DNA of 32,000 nucleotides from Mycoplasma mycoides subsp. capri (GTDB lineage Bacteria; Bacillota_I; Bacilli_A; Mycoplasmatales; Mycoplasmataceae): NCBI RefSeq assembly GCF_018389705.1, contig NZ_CP065581.1, positions 90,001 to 122,000 of the forward strand, read 5' to 3'. Shown piece by piece: positions 29,124 to 32,000 of this stretch (position 1 is its first letter; each line of letters starts with the position of its first letter). The notes under the pieces were generated by a model. It saw only the letters and a program-made list of their open reading frames with translations, ran no database searches and was not told where the DNA came from. The position numbers and the translations under genes were made by a program.

Positions 29124-31958
29124 TTAGCCTATTTTAGTTTTACTACTCTCATCTTCGTGAGGTTTTTTCTTTTTCTTTTTTCTAGTTTGTTTTTCTTGTT
29201 CTTTAATATCATCCATTCTAGCAACAAGTTGTAATAAAACATCTTTTGCTATAACTAAATGTTTTAGTTTTTCAGGATCATTGATTTGTTCAACCATATT
29301 ATTAAAGTTTTGATGAATTTGTTCAATAGTAATTGATGCAATATCAATATCGTTTTGTAATTCTTTAATCAGTTGAGTTATTGCTTGTTGATCATTTTGT
29401 GGACTGATGATCATTTCAGCTCTTCTTTCTAATTCTAAAACTAAACCTAACATTACATCTCTTTGGATTCTTAAACGTCTTAGTTTTTGTTTGTCATCTT
29501 TAAATTCTTCTTCTAATTCATCAAAACGTTGATTAATTGCTTTATTGTTAATATCACTTGGTTGTAAGCCAGTTTCAAATAAAATTTCTTCAATATCTTT
29601 ATCTGTAACTTCAATACGTTCTTCGTGTTGTTCTTCATCTTCAACAACTCTTAAAATAACATTTGCTAAGTTTTCAACAACTTCATTTGCTATATTAATT
29701 TTCATTTTATTAAATAAATCAGTTGCTTGTTCAACATAAATAGCTAATGGGTTGTTTTGTGCATATTGTTGTAGATAAATTCCACTTTTTAATTTACCAG
29801 CAATATCTAAATGCTTAGTTCAATATTTATCAAATGAATCTAGAATTATTTTTCTTTCCATTCCAATAATTACATCATCTGGAATATCTGAAATTCTTGC
29901 TTTATATAATTGCATCATAGCTTCAGCAATCTCAACAGCTAGATCCATTTTTTCTTTATTATTAAAATCATCAACTCTAAATTTGTTTTTAGGAACTAGG
30001 GTTCCATCAATAGCATCTAAAAGTTCTTTTTTATTAATAGTTTTTTCACCATGAACTAAAGTTGAGTGTTTTTCAATTAATTCATAAGCTGCAGTAATTT
30101 GCATTTTTTCAATAACAACACTTAGATCACTTGCTTCTAAAATATCATCTCTTTGAGCATAAATAATTTCACGTTGTTGAGCTAAAATATTATCATAATC
30201 TAAAACATTTTTACGTTGATCAAAATTCATTCCTTCAAGTTTTTTTTGAGCATTTGTAACTGCTCTTGTAAACATTTTAGATTTAATATAATCATCACCT
30301 AAAGCTTTAAAGCGTTGTCTTGTTTTTGGTGCTGTAAATCTCATCATTAGATCATCATCCATAGAAATATAAAATCTTGATAATCCTGGATCACCTTGTC
30401 TTCCAGATCTACCTCTTAACTGGTTATCAATTCTTCTAGCTTCATTTCTTTCAACACCAAATACACGCAATCCACCAAGTTCAGCCACACCTTTTGCAAG
30501 TTTAATATCAGTTCCTCTTCCAGCCATATTAGTAGCTAAAGTAATAGCTCCAATTTCTCCGGCTTTTGAAACAATTTCAGCTTCTCTATCATGATTTTTA
30601 GCATTAATAGTTTCAAATTTTAAATTAGCTTTTTTTAAATATCTTGCAATTTGTTCACTTGATTCAACACTAGTAGTTCCAATCAAAATTGGAGCACCTT
30701 TTTCATGAGCTTCTAAAACATCTTCAACTAGTTTTTTTAAAGCAGCGTTTTTTGTTCCAAATGTTAGATCTGGTTCATCTTTTCTGATTACTGGTTTATT
30801 AGTTGGAGTTTGAATAACTCTTGTATTATAAATTTTAATAAATTCTTCTTCTTCAGTTTTTGCAGTTCCAGTCATTCCAGCAATTTTTGAATATAATCTA
30901 TAAAAGTTTTGATAAGTAATTGTTGCTAAAGTTACAGTTTCTTCTTCAATATCAACATTTTCTTTTGCTTGTAAAGCTTGTTGTAGTCCATCTGAATAAC
31001 TTCTTCCATGCATTATACGACCAGTAAATTGATCAATTAATAAAATTTCATTATCTCTAACTGTATATTCAACACCTTCTTTAAATGCAAATTGAGCTTT
31101 TAATGCATTCATAATTAAGTGAAAAATCTCAGTATTTTCAATAGCAAATAAGTTTTTTAAAGAAAAGAATTCATTAGCTTTTTTCATTCCTTGTTCGTTT
31201 AAATAAACTTGTTTTGATTCTAAATCAATATCTAAATCATCATGTTCTTTTAAAGTTAAAGCAAAATTATTAGCAGCTTTATATAAATTAATTCTTGTTG
31301 ATGTTCCTCCAGAAATAATTAAAGGAGTTCTTGCTTCATCTATTAAAACTGAATCAGCTTCATCAATAATACAATAGTTTAATTTTCTTTGTACTTTTAA
31401 ACTATAATCACTAACCATATTATCTCTTAGATAATCAAATCCAAGTTCAGCATTAGTTGTATAAGTAATATCTTTATTATAAGCTTCTCTTTTTTCTGTT
31501 TTAGTTAATGATGATCCATTTAACCCAACACTAATTCCTAATAAATCAAAAACTTGACCATTAATTTCACTATCTCTTTTTGATAAATATTCATTAACTG
31601 TAACAATATGAACACCTTTACCAGATAATGCGTTTAAATAAGCAGGAAAAATTCCTGTTAAAGTTTTACCTTCACCAGTTCTCATTTCAGCAATATCACC
31701 AGAATTTAAAATAATTCCACCAATTAATTGCACTTTATAAGCATTTAAACCTAAAACTCTTCTAGCTGCTTCTCTAGCTACTGCATAAACTTCAATTAAA
31801 ATATCATCTAATGATTTTCCATCTTCTAACATTTGTTTAAATTCTTGTGTTTTTAATATGAAATCTTCATCTTTTAATTGACGCATTTGTGGTTCTAAAG
31901 CAATGATTTTATCAGCAATTTTTCCAAATTTTTTTAACAGTCTTTTATCAGAAACCAT
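29124..31958 (-). CDS. secA: Preprotein translocase ATPase SecA (944 aa)
   Basis: The track ORFs 29820..31958 and 29124..29705 are in the same frame. The stop at 29820 is TGA. Reading through it gives ...SFDKY-W-TKHLDIAGKLKSGIYLQQYAQNNPLAIYVEQATDLFNKMKINIANEVV..., the conserved SecA helical-scaffold region. MRTGEGKTL, DEADSVLIDEARTPLIISG and TNMAGRGTDI are present. The ATG at 31956-31958 is preceded by GGGAGGA. TAA lies at 29124-29126. Confidence 0.95.
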
Positions 31959-32000
31959 TAGATCCTCCCAAGAAAATAAGATTGTACAATATAATAATTA

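Noticed and set aside
29124..29705. A stand-alone 193-aa acidic protein downstream of secA
   Set aside because: It is in the same frame as secA and is separated from it only by a TGA codon and conserved SecA sequence. It is the SecA C-terminal domain.

Overview
This window is a very AT-rich mollicute chromosome segment whose gene content resembles the Mycoplasma mycoides cluster. It must be read with translation table 4. Almost every stop that fragments the supplied ORF track is an in-frame TGA (Trp). Joining same-frame fragments gives 21 intact genes, 20 of them on the minus strand.

The left third (1-11.7 kb) is housekeeping. It holds a PhnD/PhnC/PhnE-type ABC importer, asnS, a Cof-type HAD phosphatase, an alpha/beta hydrolase, tsaD, a DUF2188-like small protein, mnmE (+) and rpsT. 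It also holds an orphan GC-rich island that looks like a small RNA, sitting between a promoter-like box and a terminator.

The right end holds two overlapping paralogous polytopic membrane proteins and secA. secA is 944 aa, and the separate 193-aa ORF in the track is its C-terminus.

The centre (11.7-27.5 kb) is accessory. It is a head-to-tail array of seven mosaic, repeat-rich, coiled-coil surface (lipo)protein genes. Six of them are preceded by the same intergenic cassette, read 5' to 3' on the coding strand:
- a hairpin with a conserved loop
- an unusually long homopolymeric T tract, which appears as A16-A21 on the + strand
- a TATAAT/TAAAAT box at a fixed 31-33 nt spacing
- a leader, an AGGTG ribosome-binding site, and a conserved MKKLL signal peptide

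I read this as a candidate contingency (phase- and size-variable) surface-protein locus. Its switch element doubles as the U-tail of the upstream gene's terminator and sits in the UP-element position of the next promoter. None of this can be confirmed from sequence alone. No rRNA, tRNA, CRISPR array, IS element or recombinase was seen.
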